Notes under the pieces: generated by a model
Database searches by the model: none
Seen by the model: the letters and a program-made list of their open reading frames with translations, nothing else
Told to the model about the DNA's origin: nothing
Shown: one piece after another, positions 63,026-64,000 of the stretch
Numbering within the stretch: the stretch's first letter is position 1
How the letters are laid out: the number at the start of each line of letters is the position of its first letter
Made by a program: the position numbers and the translations under genes
DNA from: Eledone cirrhosa
Taxonomy: Eukaryota
Assembly (NCBI GenBank): GCA_964016885.1
Contig: OZ024753.1
Span: 23,002,001-23,066,000, forward strand
DNA: 64,000 bases
Direction of reading: 5' to 3'

Positions 63026-63868
63026 CATAACTCATGTCTATAGTATTAATCAGATATTAAAATATATACTATTTCTTCTTCTAATCAGCATAATCAACCA
63101 TATACATAATCAAATCCAGCAAGCTTTAAGAATAAATTTTCTAACGGGGAAATCTCCGACACATAACTGACCGCAGCTAGTTCGCGTTAACTCCGTTCAC
63201 CATTTATCAAACACTTCGGCAGCATGCAGAATCCGATCTAGCAGCATGCTTACCCGCCGTAAGCGACCAATCACACGCTTTCTCTCTGGCTGTTACACAG
63301 CTACATAGCGATCTTAGCCATTTTTTAATCTAAATTTGGCGCGGTCTGTCTGAGAAATTAAATGTCTATTTCTGAGTTTGTCTCCTGAAGATTCCTGACT
63401 CAAAGCATATCCATATTATTTGGATGTCCTAAACTAGGAAGAAACCATGGTAGAGATATAATTACGGTATGTGCGCATTTCTTCTAAGTTTAATTTTACT
63501 ACTAATTACGTGCGGTTGACGGTGTATTTGACCGGATTCTGCATGCTGCCGAAGTGTTTGATAAATGGGGACCGGAGTTAACGCGAACTAGCTGCGGTCA
63601 GTTATTTGTCGGAGATTTCCCCGTTAGAAAATTTATTCTTAAAGCTTGCTAGATTTGATTATGTATATGGTTGATTATGCTGATTAGAAGAAGAAATAGT
63701 ATATATTTTAATATCTGATTAATTCTATAGACATGAGTTATGATATAATGCTCTGATTTTTTTATTTTAATTTATTAATTCTTCATTGAGCTTAAAAGTG
63801 AACAGTTGCAACACATATATATATCCTTGATTTAATTTAATTTAATTTTATGTATGTGATAACCTCTA
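63025..63868 (+). mobile_element. PLE-g: non-coding hammerhead-bearing element with a ~214-bp inverted repeat
   Basis: 63025-63238 is the reverse complement of 63530-63743; hammerhead in the spacer; unique sequence continues to 63868, then (TA)n. Confidence 0.65.
63379..63458 (+). ncRNA. Type-I hammerhead ribozyme (PLE-g)
   Basis: UGUCUC CUGAAGA UUCCUG...AUAUCCA..UGGAUGU...UAGGAA GAAA CCAUGG UA GAGAUA. Confidence 0.85.
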
Positions 63869-63905
63869 TATATATATATATATATATATAAATATATATA
63901 TAAAT

Positions 63906-63986
<81 letters not shown>

Positions 63987-64000
63987 AATATATATATATA
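63869..64000. repeat. (TA)n array with TAAA interruptions, running off the window
   Basis: Directly visible. Confidence 0.95.

Noticed and set aside
63025-63743. Classical DNA-transposon MITE
   Set aside because: Disfavoured rather than excluded: the internal hammerhead and the extension past the right arm match the PLE head-to-head pattern.

Overview
Eukaryotic, very AT-rich, repeat-dense window with no recognisable host gene; the composition and LINE tail suggest an invertebrate, possibly a cephalopod (inference only). It is a nest of mobile elements sitting in (TA)n microsatellite. It holds a decayed L1/Tx1-type LINE (1-5452), a deleted Helitron with a spliced STPR-repeat mini-ORF (5509-7997) and a 5'-truncated CR1/L2-group LINE (14892-16120). 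It also holds seven hammerhead-bearing repeat families, here called PLE-a to PLE-g. Five are tied to Penelope-like (Naiad-type) RT and/or GIY-YIG coding sequence: b, d, e, f directly and c by a 35-nt match. Families a and g have no coding sequence here and are assigned by architecture alone. I found 17 minimal type-I hammerhead motifs by eye. Each family has a different palindromic hexamer in stem III (CAGCTG, CACGTG, TATATA, TGCGCA, CGATCG, CATATG, CCATGG), and several have stem II regions of 49-116 nt. Most PLE insertions are two pieces joined head-to-head with both 3' ends facing outward into (TA)n. The largest is a ~28-kb inverted repeat (30309-58358). One PLE ORF (59610-61928) is intact. 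Most ORF-track entries ([12 protein letters not shown]) are microsatellite translations. All alignments and folds were done by eye.
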